From assembly GCA_046753945.1 (NCBI GenBank), contig JBHHUW010000001.1, positions 1 to 48,773 of the forward strand: a stretch of DNA of 48,773 nt, read 5' to 3'. The notes beneath the pieces were generated by a model. It was not told where the DNA came from, did not search any database, and worked only from the letters and a program-made list of their open reading frames with translations. This document shows, piece after piece, positions 16,785 through 26,646 of this stretch (positions are counted from its first letter, which is position 1; every line of letters starts with the position of its first letter). The stretch is from Thermodesulfobacteriota bacterium (lineage in GTDB: Bacteria > Desulfobacterota > GWC2-55-46 > JADFVP01). The translations under genes and the position numbers were made by a program.

Positions 16785-18959
16785 TTAGTTTGTTTTACTT
16801 CTCATAAGCACGAAGTCATGTCCCTGCCGTATGACCTTGAAGTTCCCTTTGTCCTCAAGTTCTTTTATCCTCTCTTTTTTTGTAATGATAAGAAGTTTTT
16901 GCCCACCGTCAAGGGTCAGATTTTCAAGGGCATTGCCCTCAAGCTTTAGTATTTTCTCAGTCCCCGCGTAGTAAAAGGCGATAGAGGGCTGGTTTATCTC
17001 ATATGTGGCAAGGGTGCCCCCGGTCTTTTTCACGTGTCTTGCGTATTCATAGAGGTCCTGCTGCATAAAGGCGTTTACAGGGGGTATGGCCACAAGACGC
17101 GCGAAAACAATTAGTGCTATGGTTGCCGCGGCTATAATGGGCGTGTACCTACGGGGGTTTTTAATGGAGAGTACGGCAAAGAAACCTGTAAGGAGAAAAA
17201 TTACACCAAGGCCGGGAAAGAGATGAGAGGGAAGTGGTATCTCCATCTTTACATTGAGATAGGGCACGATAAAGGCCGCGGCAGAGAGGATAAGGGCCAG
17301 GACAGCCATGGCCACAGCGCCAAAACCTTTTCCGTTACCCCGCTCTATTCGGCTTGAGATAAGCAGGCCTACAAGGACGGAGCAGGCCGGGATGGCCGGA
17401 AAAATATAGTTTGGAAGTTTGGTCCTGGAGACGGAGAAGAAGAAAAAGATAAAGAGGAACCAGATGGAGGCAAATAGATAAATATCCTTTTCTTGAGAGG
17501 CTTTTTTTATGCCTTTAATGCCTTTTAACAGTGCCTCGGGGAGATGCGTTACCCAGGGGAAAAAACCGATGAGGAGTATAAGTACATAAAAATATGGCGG
17601 CCCTCCGTGGCTTGAGATGACGCCTGTAAAGCGTTTGAAGTGGTGTTTGATTATAAAGGCGTCGATGAACTCCCAGCCACGGGCATTATATTCAAGGAGA
17701 AACCAGGGCATGGCGATTAAGAGAAATAAGAGGATATAGCGCGGGTTAAGGAGCCTCTTAACGGAGGAAAAATCTTTTTTGATAATTAAATACAAGAAGG
17801 TAATGGAGAAGGGGAAGAGCAGGCCTATTATCCCTTTTGTCAGCATGGCCAGGGCAGAAGCGGCCCAGAAAGCGAGGAAGAGTTTTTTGTTCTCAGTCTT
17901 AACTGCCGTATAGGCCGAGAAGAGGGCGGCAGAGATAAAAAAACATAATGTCATATCTGTTACAGCGGAGTGGGAGTATACAAAGAACTCGATGTTCAGC
18001 AAGAGAACGAGGCTCGACCAGAGGGCGGCCTTAAAGGATTTCATGCGTCTTACGAATAGAAATGTCATAAGGACGAGCATTGCTCCAAAGGCCGCAGATG
18101 GAAACCTTGCCGAGAACTCCGAGACGCCGAATAGTTTAAAGGCCCCGGCCATGGCCCAGTAAAAGAGTATGGGTTTATCATAGCGGGGTTCAAAGTTATA
18201 TGAGGGGGTAATGACGTCGCCGGTAACGACCATCTCACGTGTTGCCTCACTGAAGACGGCCTCGTCTACGTCAAAGACAAGGTAGCCGCCGAGCTTGAAA
18301 AAGCACACAGAGAGGACAAGGAGGGTCAGGCCGGCGTAGATCCATTTTTTTCTCTCAATCTTTAAATCCAGACCTTTTATAAGGAGCACACCTACGGCAA
18401 GCCCCAGCACGGCGCCGCCTGCAACATCGGACGGATAGTGAGAACCAAGCACTATCCTGCTTAAGCCGATAAAAAGGGCCGTGGCAAAGACAGGGACACG
18501 CAGCCGCGGGTATTTACTGGAAAATACAGCGGCCACGGCAAAGGCCGTTGCAGTGTGTCCCGAAGGAAAGGAGTTGAACCTGCCGGTAAGGTCAAAGAAC
18601 GATGGGTTTGTGAGGGCATGGAGTATATATTCAGCTGTATGCGAGGGACGGGGCCTCTCAAAGACGGCCTTTAGTATCTGCGCCAAAACGCCTGAGAGAA
18701 GCACCGCGTAGAGGGAGTCTCTGCCGGCCAGCCTGAGATTGTCCCGGCCAAGCCTCCAGCCAAGCAAAAAAAGAATGAGGCATAGCAATATGAGAAAGCC
18801 GCCGTTACCGATAAAGCTGAAAATGTCTGCACCCCAGGCGATTATGCCTGTAGGGGCAATGTCTGCCGTGATAAAGTCAAGAGATGCCGAGAAAAAGATA
18901 AGGAGCAGTGCAACGGCAATACAGAGGTAGGTTCGCCTTGAAGTTTTTTGTGCTATCAA
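16785..18959 (-). CDS. fusion of PAP2 acid-phosphatase domain and GT-C (ArnT/PMT, family 39-like) glycosyltransferase
   Basis: N-terminal PAP2 motifs KAVFERPRP, PSGHT, SRIVLGSHYPSDV. Then a multi-TM region with an FDVDEAVFSE first-loop acidic motif, as in ArnT-like enzymes. TTG start overlaps the upstream TGA. Confidence 0.7.
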   Translation of the reverse strand: MIAQKTSRRTYLCIAVALLLIFFSASLDFITADIAPTGIIAWGADIFSFIGNGGFLILLCLILFLLGWRLGRDNLRLAGRDSLYAVLLSGVLAQILKAVFERPRPSHTAEYILHALTNPSFFDLTGRFNSFPSGHTATAFAVAAVFSSKYPRLRVPVFATALFIGLSRIVLGSHYPSDVAGGAVLGLAVGVLLIKGLDLKIERKKWIYAGLTLLVLSVCFFKLGGYLVFDVDEAVFSEATREMVVTGDVITPSYNFEPRYDKPILFYWAMAGAFKLFGVSEFSARFPSAAFGAMLVLMTFLFVRRMKSFKAALWSSLVLLLNIEFFVYSHSAVTDMTLCFFISAALFSAYTAVKTENKKLFLAFWAASALAMLTKGIIGLLFPFSITFLYLIIKKDFSSVKRLLNPRYILLFLLIAMPWFLLEYNARGWEFIDAFIIKHHFKRFTGVISSHGGPPYFYVLILLIGFFPWVTHLPEALLKGIKGIKKASQEKDIYLFASIWFLFIFFFFSVSRTKLPNYIFPAIPACSVLVGLLISSRIERGNGKGFGAVAMAVLALILSAAAFIVPYLNVKMEIPLPSHLFPGLGVIFLLTGFFAVLSIKNPRRYTPIIAAATIALIVFARLVAIPPVNAFMQQDLYEYARHVKKTGGTLATYEINQPSIAFYYAGTEKILKLEGNALENLTLDGGQKLLIITKKERIKELEDKGNFKVIRQGHDFVLMRSKTN

Positions 18960-20233
18960 GTGAGAGCCTCTTTGAATATCTTGATAGCCTGCAAGAGCTC
19001 AGCCTTTGTAATGTTAAGGGGAGGGATGAGGCGGGCTACGTTTTTGTCAACTCCGCACTCTATTAAAATAAGACCTTTTTCAAGGCAGCGCTCCATTATT
19101 TTTTTAAGGCGCGACCTATCGGGAGAGCCGTCTTTTTTTATAAACTCCACTCCTATCATGAGCCCCATGCCGCGTACATCACCAATGTAGGGCCGGGTGC
19201 GTGCGATTTTTTTAAGCTCTTTAATGGCAATCCTGCCGAGTTTCTCCGTGTTCCGAAGGAGCCCCTGTTTTTCGATTACATTAATAGTGGCAAGAGAGGC
19301 GGCGCATGCCACGGGGTTGCCGCCAAAGGTTGTGCCGTGTGCGCCGGGGGGCCAATTGGACATTATTTTTTTTGATGCCCCCACTGCAGAGAGGGGAAAA
19401 CCAGAGGCAATGCCCTTGGCCAGGGTTATAATATCCGGTCTTACTCCGTAGGACTCTCCTGCGAACCACTTTCCCGTCCTCCCAAAACCGCTTTGAACCT
19501 CATCGAAGATAAGAAGTATGCCGTGTTCACTGCAGAGTTCCCTTAATTTTTGGAGAAATTCTACGGGGGCCGGGCAGTACCCGCCCTCGCCGAGTACGGG
19601 CTCGATTATCATGCAGGCTACCTCTTCTGGCAGTAACTCACGCTTTAGCATTGTCTCAAGGTAACTAAAGCACTGAAGGCGGCATTTTTTTCGCGTAGCG
19701 CCCATGGGACAGCGGAAGCAGTATGGATATGGGGCGTGGTATACTTCGGGCAGGAGCGGGTGGTAAGCCTTTCTGTATCTGGCGCTGGAAGTGGTAAGTG
19801 TCATGGCGCCAAAAGTCCTGCCGTGAAAGCCGCCGAGAAATGAGATGACCCCCTGACGGCCCGTTGTGTAGCGGGCCAGTTTTACTGCCCCCTCAACTGC
19901 CTCTGCGCCGCTGTTTGAGAAAAAAAACTTCTCAATGCCCTGGGGGGTTATGGAGGCGAGTTTTTCGGCAAGGTTTAATATGCTGTCGTAATGAAAGATA
20001 CATCCTGAGTGGATAAGATTTTTGGCCTGCTCTGTAACGGCCTTGATGACTTCCACGTGCGTGTGCCCGATATTGGAGGCAGCAAGGCCTGAGGCGAGGT
20101 CCATGTAGGTCTTTTTGTCAGAAGACTGAACGTAAAGGCCATGTGCAGAGACGGCCTTGATGGGTGTGTGGAAGACAAGGGCCGAGGTCAGGAATTTTTT
20201 CGCTTTTTTGAGATGTCCTTTGGAGTGGGCCAC
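18956..20233 (-). CDS. class-III pyridoxal-phosphate aminotransferase (GabT/ArgD-like)
   Basis: FSNSGAEAVE, DEVQSGFGRTGKWF, and ITLAKGIASG (PLP lysine). Confidence 0.85.
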   Translation of the reverse strand: MAHSKGHLKKAKKFLTSALVFHTPIKAVSAHGLYVQSSDKKTYMDLASGLAASNIGHTHVEVIKAVTEQAKNLIHSGCIFHYDSILNLAEKLASITPQGIEKFFFSNSGAEAVEGAVKLARYTTGRQGVISFLGGFHGRTFGAMTLTTSSARYRKAYHPLLPEVYHAPYPYCFRCPMGATRKKCRLQCFSYLETMLKRELLPEEVACMIIEPVLGEGGYCPAPVEFLQKLRELCSEHGILLIFDEVQSGFGRTGKWFAGESYGVRPDIITLAKGIASGFPLSAVGASKKIMSNWPPGAHGTTFGGNPVACAASLATINVIEKQGLLRNTEKLGRIAIKELKKIARTRPYIGDVRGMGLMIGVEFIKKDGSPDRSRLKKIMERCLEKGLILIECGVDKNVARLIPPLNITKAELLQAIKIFKEALT

Positions 20234-20353
20234 TTTGTCTCAGTCTGTGACAGGTTCTTACTAAAAGAAAGGCACAGCAGGTAGAACTCAGCCTCCTCTG
20301 CCCATGTCCTCAGTCAAAAAAAATTTTTTGCGATATGAAGAGGTAAAAAAAGG

Positions 20354-20602
20354 TCAGTCAGCGTCCACTGTAGCCGGCTCGCAGAGCATGGTGTCGTATA
20401 CGGCCAGCCTCCCGCATTTTTTACAGATGTATTCGATATTATCAAGCATGGGGCTGCATACATGGCGGGCGTCATCTACGGATTTACTGCAGAACTCACA
20501 GGTAAAGGGCAGGGCCTCGGCCCTGGGGTGGCAGAGGTGGCCACGGCCGCTTGCAAGCCCTTGGCAGTTAGGACAGTTGTAGGTCTTTACATATTCAGTC
20601 AT
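20354..20602 (-). CDS. small cysteine-rich protein with three CxxC-x10-CxP repeats
   Basis: 82 aa. CPNC...GHLCHP, CEFC...RHVCSP and CKKC...TMLCEP at a 25-aa period. Sits between the rubrerythrin-like and aminotransferase genes on the same strand. Confidence 0.55.
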   Translation of the reverse strand: MTEYVKTYNCPNCQGLASGRGHLCHPRAEALPFTCEFCSKSVDDARHVCSPMLDNIEYICKKCGRLAVYDTMLCEPATVDAD

Positions 20603-20640
20603 AATAGTATCAACTCCTTGGCTATTTAGATGGCCAGGTC

Positions 20641-21132
20641 TCAGCTGTACTCTTTCCTTAAGTCAATAAGTGTCTGGAGGTGCTCTTTCTCCTGCTCAAT
20701 GAGGGCCGTGAGCACGGCTTTGTCTTTTTCCACTATGACCTTCTCGTACTCGCCGTAAAATACGAGGGATTCCTTTTCCATGTTTATGGCATGGTCGAGG
20801 ACCTCGCCGGGGTTGCTGATCTCTCCTGCAAATTGTCCGCCCTCGCCGGGGTTGCTGAATACCTCAGAGTCGGCCATGGAGCGCAGGTACTCCGAGGCCT
20901 CGGTGATGTAGGGGTCAAAACCCTCGGTTACGTACTCATCCTTTACAAGGTTCTTCATATCAGAGAATATCTTTATATGGTGACCTTCTTCTATGGCGAG
21001 TTTTTTGAATAGATTTTTTGTAGTCTCGTCTCTGGCTGCCTTGAAGGCATCGGTGTAGAACTTCATACCGTTTTCTTCTATCTTAAGGGCCATCTCTATG
21101 ACCTCGCGACCAGTGAACTTAAGAGAGCTCAT
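20641..21132 (-). CDS. rubrerythrin/ferritin-like di-iron protein (no rubredoxin domain)
   Basis: Two ExxH pairs in a four-helix pattern (ALKIEENG...AIEEGHH; AINMEKES...EQEKEH). Confidence 0.75.
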   Translation of the reverse strand: MSSLKFTGREVIEMALKIEENGMKFYTDAFKAARDETTKNLFKKLAIEEGHHIKIFSDMKNLVKDEYVTEGFDPYITEASEYLRSMADSEVFSNPGEGGQFAGEISNPGEVLDHAINMEKESLVFYGEYEKVIVEKDKAVLTALIEQEKEHLQTLIDLRKEYS

Positions 21133-21266
21133 GGCGACCTCCTCATTGTTTTCCGGCGATTATATCACCGGGTTAACCCTTTTGCAAATATCTTTGCCTC
21201 TTATATCTTTATTTTTACCTCTGCTCCGGCCCGCTGCGTATGGGGATGCATTGGGAACTGCATCTC

Positions 21267-22763
21267 TTAATCTATCTGCGCCTTCTGCAGCGCCCCGCTG
21301 TAGTCTCTGTATACGACCTTCAGCCTGGTGAACATATCAATAGCCCCTCCTCGCCCTCCGGCCTCCCTGTGGCCAAGGCCGCTGCGGCCCGTGCCGCCAA
21401 AGGGCAGATGCACCTCTGCACCTATGGTGGGGGCGTTTATGTAGACTATACCTGCCGTTAGGTCGCGCTCTGCTCTTGCCGAGGAGTTAACATCCCCGGT
21501 ATATATGGCAGATGAGAGGCCGTACTCCACGTTATTGGCTATTTGTATGGCATGGTCAAGGGACTCGGCCTTTATTACTGAGACAAAGGGGCCAAAAATT
21601 TCTTCCCTGGCTATACGCATTGAGGGCGTAACATCGCTGAATATGGTTGGCTCCATGAAAAAGCCATTCTTATGCTCATCGCCGGTAAGCATAGAGCCGC
21701 CAAGCGCAAGGGCAGCGCCCTCGTCCCGGCCAATCTTTACGTATGAGAGGGCCTTACTTAGCTGCGCCTCGTTAATCATGGGGCCTACGTCTGTTCCGGG
21801 CCTTAGTCCGTTGCCTACGTTAAGTCTGGCCGTGGCGGCGATGAACATCTCAAGAAATTGGTCATAGACTTTTTTCTCGACAATGAGCCTGCTTGCAGCC
21901 GTGCACCTCTGACCCGTTGTGCCGAAGCCTCCCCAGAGCACGCCCTCAAGGGCCAGCTCAAGGTTGGCATCTCCCATGACGATAATGGGATTCTTGCCTC
22001 CCATCTCGCAGGATACGACCTTGCCCGGGGCTGTGCATAAGCGGGCGAGTTTCTCTCCCACGGCAGAAGAGCCAGTAAAAGAGAGGCCGTCAAGGTCGGG
22101 ATGGGTGGCAAGGTACTCACCAACAGTATCGCCGCCTCCGTGGACAAGGTTCAGCACCCCCGCGGGAAGGCCGGCCTCGGCCAGTATCTCCACAACACGG
22201 GCGGCGGCGGCAGGGGTATAGCTCGATGGTTTAAAGACTACTGTATCGCCGGAAATAAGGGCTGGAAAAATCTTCCACGCCGGTATGGCCGTTGGAAAGT
22301 TCCACGGAGTGATTAGCGCAAAAACGCCTACGGGTTCACGAAAGGTCTTGCAGTCTTTAGATGGCAGTTCCGATGGCATGGTCTCGCCCGTAAGCCGCCT
22401 GCCTTCACCTGCCATGTAATAGGCAATATCAATGGCCTCCTGTACATCGCTTCCCCCCTCTGCGATAATTTTTCCCATCTCACGGGTAACAAGGACGGCA
22501 AGTTCCTCTTTATTTTCTTTTAATAACTCGGCGGCGCGGTAGAGTATCTCACCTCTAACGGGCGCAGGGGTAAGTCGCCAGGCAGGGAAGGCCTCTCTTG
22601 CCGCAGTGATTGCGCTATCCACCTCGGCCTCTGTGGAGTCCGGGGCCATGGCTATAACCTCTCTGCTATCGGCAGGGTTACAGTCCTTGATGAGAGAGCC
22701 TTCTGACTCTGTCCATCTTCCGCCTATGTAGTTCTTGAGTTTTTCTGCGCTCTCCGGCGACAT
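21267..22763 (-). CDS. NAD(P)-dependent aldehyde dehydrogenase
   Basis: FTGSSAVGE, CEMGGKNP (catalytic Glu) and GQRCTAASR (catalytic Cys). Internal Met (MSPESAEKLKNYIGGRW) preferred as the start. Confidence 0.85.
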   Translation of the reverse strand: MSPESAEKLKNYIGGRWTESEGSLIKDCNPADSREVIAMAPDSTEAEVDSAITAAREAFPAWRLTPAPVRGEILYRAAELLKENKEELAVLVTREMGKIIAEGGSDVQEAIDIAYYMAGEGRRLTGETMPSELPSKDCKTFREPVGVFALITPWNFPTAIPAWKIFPALISGDTVVFKPSSYTPAAAARVVEILAEAGLPAGVLNLVHGGGDTVGEYLATHPDLDGLSFTGSSAVGEKLARLCTAPGKVVSCEMGGKNPIIVMGDANLELALEGVLWGGFGTTGQRCTAASRLIVEKKVYDQFLEMFIAATARLNVGNGLRPGTDVGPMINEAQLSKALSYVKIGRDEGAALALGGSMLTGDEHKNGFFMEPTIFSDVTPSMRIAREEIFGPFVSVIKAESLDHAIQIANNVEYGLSSAIYTGDVNSSARAERDLTAGIVYINAPTIGAEVHLPFGGTGRSGLGHREAGGRGGAIDMFTRLKVVYRDYSGALQKAQID

Positions 22764-22914
22764 GGTCTTCACCTGTTGGAGGTAAGAGGAGCAGGTATTT
22801 TTTATTTTTTTACCGGTATATAGAAAATATACCATTATCACGGCAAATTGCAAGGCCTGCAGAGGCATAGGTGAGGGCCACGGTGAGATATTTTTTATCT
22901 TATCGAGGTGTAAG

Positions 22915-22988
22915 TGGAGCGGGCGATGGGAATCGAACCCACGTGTGCAGCTTGGGAAGCTGCCATTCTACCATTGAATCACGCCCGC
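22915..22988 (-). tRNA. tRNA-Gly (anticodon CCC), CCA encoded
   Basis: The reverse complement GCGGGCG-TG-ATTCAATGGTAGAAT-G-GCAGC-TTCCCAA-GCTGC-ACAC-GTGGGTTCGATTCCCAT-CGCCCGC-TCCA folds as a cloverleaf with a 7-bp acceptor stem. Confidence 0.9.
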
Positions 22989-23306
22989 ATCGGATGAGGC
23001 CGGTTTGCGAAAAAATATTTTTTTGACCCGCCAAAAAAGGAGGCCGGGAAGTAGAAGAAAATATCTTATACTATATTTATATGTATTGAGTCAAGGGCCC
23101 CTCTTAAGGGCGGCATAAGGGGATTTTTCGGGTCCAGGCTCTCATGGCGCCTCTAATGGTTAAAGAAAAATTTTTGGAGGGTGATGTTTTTTCTGTTATT
23201 CTGATATGGTTAAATTTATTAAAGGCTAATAATGATATCTTTGATGGTCTTGAAGACCCGCAGTATTGCAGCGCGTGGGGTGTTAACTTAATAAATATAA
23301 AGAGGT

Positions 23307-24386
23307 GTGGTATTGAAGGTACTTAAAAAGGCGCTCCCGGTTATTGCATTACTTGCTTTAGTACTGGGTTTAGTGTTTTATCTTGGCGGGCCTCATGGAA
23401 GCGGAGGCGGAAGCGCAAAAAACTCCATGAGAGGCACGGGCACCATAGAGGCCACGGAAGTTGCTCTCTCGCCAAAGATAGCCCAGTCTATAGAGTGGTT
23501 ATGCTGTCCTGTGGGCGGCCCTGTAAAGGCCGGTCAGGTTGTAGCGCGTCTTGATGACAGGGAGCTAAAAGCCCTTGTGGCCGAGGCCCGCGCCACTGTA
23601 GCTGCCTCGGTGGAGACCATCAATGAGGCCCATGTTGAGCTTGAGAAGAGGCGCGTGGCCGTAGAGGCAGTTGGCTTTGAGCTTGAGTCCGCCCGCGCTG
23701 AGGCGGCCAGGGTAGAATCACTTGCCATAGACGCGGAAAAGGAGTTTAAGCGAATATCATCACTTATAAAGAAAGGCTTTGTCTCAAGCAGCGACTTTGA
23801 CAGGGTAAAGGCGGAGTATGACTCGGCTGCGGCCTCCTTTGCCTCGGCAAGGGCCGGGGTCAAGGCCGGGGAGGCAATGCTTCGAAGCGCCCGCGTGGCC
23901 GTGAAGAGGGCTTCTGCGGCTGTCTCGGCGGCAGAGGCGAGGCGCAATAAAGATGAGGCTGCGGAGCAGGTCCTCCTTGCAAGGCTTGCATACGCAGAGC
24001 TAAAGAGCCCCATAAAGGGCGTGGTTGCATACAAGGCCTTTGAGGCAGGTGAGATGAGCGTGCCGGGTAAGGCCATATATACCATATACGACGAGAGCGA
24101 TATGTGGGCCAGAATTGATGTAGGCGAGACAGAGCTCGGGCGGATAAGGCTTGGTTCCCGCGCAGAGGTCTCTGTTGCGGGTCTGCCGGAAAGGGTTTTT
24201 AAGGGCCAGGTGAGCGAGATCGGGCAGATGGGGGAGTTTGCCACCCATAAAGACGTTATCAGGGTTAGCCATGATATAAAGACATTCAGGGTCAAGGTAC
24301 GGCTCCTTCGGACAGATGGCCTGCTGAAGCCCGGCATGACAAGCAGAGTGAGGATTTTTTTCGATGAGAATAAGAAGAACAGGTGA
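23307..24386 (+). CDS. HlyD-family membrane-fusion (periplasmic adaptor) protein
   Basis: N-terminal TM segment, long Ala-rich coiled-coil hairpin, and C-terminal beta-barrel-like region. Followed by ABC ATPase and permease genes. Confidence 0.8.
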   Translation: MVLKVLKKALPVIALLALVLGLVFYLGGPHGSGGGSAKNSMRGTGTIEATEVALSPKIAQSIEWLCCPVGGPVKAGQVVARLDDRELKALVAEARATVAASVETINEAHVELEKRRVAVEAVGFELESARAEAARVESLAIDAEKEFKRISSLIKKGFVSSSDFDRVKAEYDSAAASFASARAGVKAGEAMLRSARVAVKRASAAVSAAEARRNKDEAAEQVLLARLAYAELKSPIKGVVAYKAFEAGEMSVPGKAIYTIYDESDMWARIDVGETELGRIRLGSRAEVSVAGLPERVFKGQVSEIGQMGEFATHKDVIRVSHDIKTFRVKVRLLRTDGLLKPGMTSRVRIFFDENKKNR

Positions 24387-24407
24387 GCCTTTGACGCGGA
24401 TTTTTAT

Positions 24408-25409
24408 ATGACCCCTGCTATAGATATAAGAGGTCTCACCAGGACTTTTGGAAAGAAAAAGGCCCTTGATAACGTGGACCTCTCTGTACCTGCGGGGGAT
24501 TTTTTCGGGCTCCTGGGGCCAAACGGAGCTGGAAAGACCACGCTTATAAGGATACTCTCCACCCTTATTATGCCCTCTTCGGGCAGCGCCGCTGTATCGG
24601 GATTTGACGTAGTCAAATCCTGTAAGGACGTGCGCAGGCAAATCGGCGTAGTGCCGCAGGCCATGACCACGGACCTTGATCTTACCGCCCGGGAGGTCCT
24701 TGATATCTACGCCAGGTTTTACGGCATGGGGGGCAGGAAGAGGCGTGACCGTATAGACGAGCTCCTGGAACTCGTAGGGCTCACGCAGCGGGCAGGGGAC
24801 CTTGTGGCCACTTTTTCCGGAGGCATGCGCCGCCGACTTGAGATAGCCCGGGGCCTTGTCCATATGCCCTCGCTCCTTATTCTGGACGAGCCCACGCTGG
24901 GCCTTGACCCTCAGACACGTCACGTGGTCTGGGATATCCTCAGAAGATTCCGCGCCGGCTCCGGCCTTACCGTGCTCCTTACCACGCATTACATGGAAGA
25001 GGCCGAGTCGCTCTGCGACCACGTGGCTATTATTGATAACGGCGGTATTGTGGCCCTTGATACCGTGGCCGGCCTTAAGGCCATGATACCAAGTAAAGAC
25101 GTCCTGGAGTTAACTCTCTTGGGCATAGCACCCGGGGAGGCCCAGGCCTGGATAACCTCTCTTGAGATGGTTCATTCGTGCACCGCGCGAGATGATGAGT
25201 TTGTCGTCTCAGTAGAGGATGCCGTCAGTGTCCTGCCGGGGCTTTTAGAGGGGCTAAAAGAGCGCGGCGCCACTGTTACAAGGATGGTCTTAAAGGAAAA
25301 ATCCCTTGAGGATGTCTTTATCCATTTTACAGGCAGGTCCATCAGGGAAGAAGGGGCAAAGAAGGTGAGCTTTTTCATCGGCGCCGGAGTTCCGAGAAAG
25401 ATGAGTTAG
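24408..25409 (+). CDS. ABC transporter ATP-binding protein (ABC-2/DrrA-like)
   Basis: Walker A GPNGAGKTT, signature FSGGMRRR, Walker B LLILDEPT. Confidence 0.9.
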   Translation: MTPAIDIRGLTRTFGKKKALDNVDLSVPAGDFFGLLGPNGAGKTTLIRILSTLIMPSSGSAAVSGFDVVKSCKDVRRQIGVVPQAMTTDLDLTAREVLDIYARFYGMGGRKRRDRIDELLELVGLTQRAGDLVATFSGGMRRRLEIARGLVHMPSLLILDEPTLGLDPQTRHVVWDILRRFRAGSGLTVLLTTHYMEEAESLCDHVAIIDNGGIVALDTVAGLKAMIPSKDVLELTLLGIAPGEAQAWITSLEMVHSCTARDDEFVVSVEDAVSVLPGLLEGLKERGATVTRMVLKEKSLEDVFIHFTGRSIREEGAKKVSFFIGAGVPRKMS

Positions 25410-25477
25410 GTTTTTTCGGCAAGGCCTCTCATGGGGTCTTGCCCAATTAGTATAAGAGGGCGAAGAGAGGCCGTGCC

Positions 25478-26599
25478 ATGATACGCATATACGCCTTAAT
25501 AGAGCGAGACTTAAGAAAGTTTATCCGCAACCCATTTGTCGTGGGCGTCTCCATAGCCATGCCCATTGTCTATCTTATAATAATAGGCTCGAGCTTTCAG
25601 GGAGAGCTGAAAAGCCTCTCTGTTGCCGTAGTGGACCAGGATAAGGGCGAATACGGACGGAGGATTCTGGCAAACCTTCGCGCCATTCAGCAAGGTCCTG
25701 CCTCCATACGCGTTATTACAGTAACCGATAAGGCCGAAGCCATGCAAAGCCTTGAGGAGGGTCTCTTTAAGGCCGTTCTACTTATACCACATGATTTTTC
25801 AAGAAAGGCCATACGAGGCGAGACCTCGGAGGTAGGGCTATTCCTTGATAATGTTGAGACCATATCCTCGGCTACAATTGAGAGGGCCGTAAGAGGGGCC
25901 GTTGGGGCGGTATTCGTGGAGTTTACCCCAACAAGGGCCGGTAGTGGAAGAGTCTTTGTACGGGCCATAAATACCTACAAAAAGATAGATTACGACCAGG
26001 GCCTTATTCCCGGCGTTGTTATCATGGCAATATTCATAGGGGCAATGACAACAGGTGTCTTTAACGTAGTCATGGACAGGTTTCTGGGTGTGGACGAGTC
26101 TTACTTCCTTACGCCGCTCACAAGGCTGGATATTGTCGTGGCCCTTGTTATAAGCGGTCTTCTCGTCACTACCGTACTTGCAGTTATCGTCTTATTTCTT
26201 AGCACCCTTACGGCGGGCATGTATCTCTGGGACCTCCTTGCCTTATCGGGTTTTTTCTCTGTTCTTGTTGTCTTTATACTCTCTGCGCTATCTCTTCAGG
26301 GGCTCATGTTCCTTGTCCTGGGCCGTGCCACCCATCCGAGGATTATGGGCATTGTGGGCGGCTTTTTAAATGTCATTTTTTTCTTTCCAAGCGGAGCCAT
26401 ATATCCGGTGGAGAGTTTTCCCGGGTGGCTTCAGGTCTTTGCCGCTGTAAACCCTGAGACATACTCCGTACACGCCCTCAAGGCCCTAATCTTTAAGGGC
26501 TCGGGATTCTGGACCATAACTAATGACCTGCTCTTTCTCGCGGGTTTTTCCTTTGTAACCCTTACGGTGAGCATACTTACCTTTAAACGCACACTTTAA
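25478..26599 (+). CDS. ABC-2 type transporter permease
   Basis: One N-terminal TM segment, a large extracytoplasmic loop, then five C-terminal TM segments. Follows the ATPase gene. Confidence 0.8.
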   Translation: MIRIYALIERDLRKFIRNPFVVGVSIAMPIVYLIIIGSSFQGELKSLSVAVVDQDKGEYGRRILANLRAIQQGPASIRVITVTDKAEAMQSLEEGLFKAVLLIPHDFSRKAIRGETSEVGLFLDNVETISSATIERAVRGAVGAVFVEFTPTRAGSGRVFVRAINTYKKIDYDQGLIPGVVIMAIFIGAMTTGVFNVVMDRFLGVDESYFLTPLTRLDIVVALVISGLLVTTVLAVIVLFLSTLTAGMYLWDLLALSGFFSVLVVFILSALSLQGLMFLVLGRATHPRIMGIVGGFLNVIFFFPSGAIYPVESFPGWLQVFAAVNPETYSVHALKALIFKGSGFWTITNDLLFLAGFSFVTLTVSILTFKRTL

Positions 26600-26646
26600 T
26601 GCGCTCCCCGGCTCTGCGGCAAAGTGTAACTTTTGTAATAATAATC

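Noticed and set aside
22989-23306. tRNA-Gly-adjacent AT-rich 317-bp region, including a 60-aa ORF (23144-23326), as a possible genomic-island integration site.
   Set aside because: - No integrase is present.
- There is no direct repeat of the tRNA 3' end.
- The flanking genes are ordinary (aldehyde dehydrogenase, ABC exporter).
- The small ORF lacks an RBS and overlaps the HlyD start.
- The region probably holds the divergent tRNA and exporter promoters.
23534-25022. Long minus-strand ORFs (23534-24337, 267 aa; 24000-25022, 340 aa) antisense to the HlyD and ABC ATPase genes.
   Set aside because: - They lie entirely inside well-supported + strand genes.
- The translated sequences are low-complexity (Ala/Ser/Arg-rich) with no motifs or RBS.
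- This is the typical antisense open frame of GC-rich third-position coding DNA.
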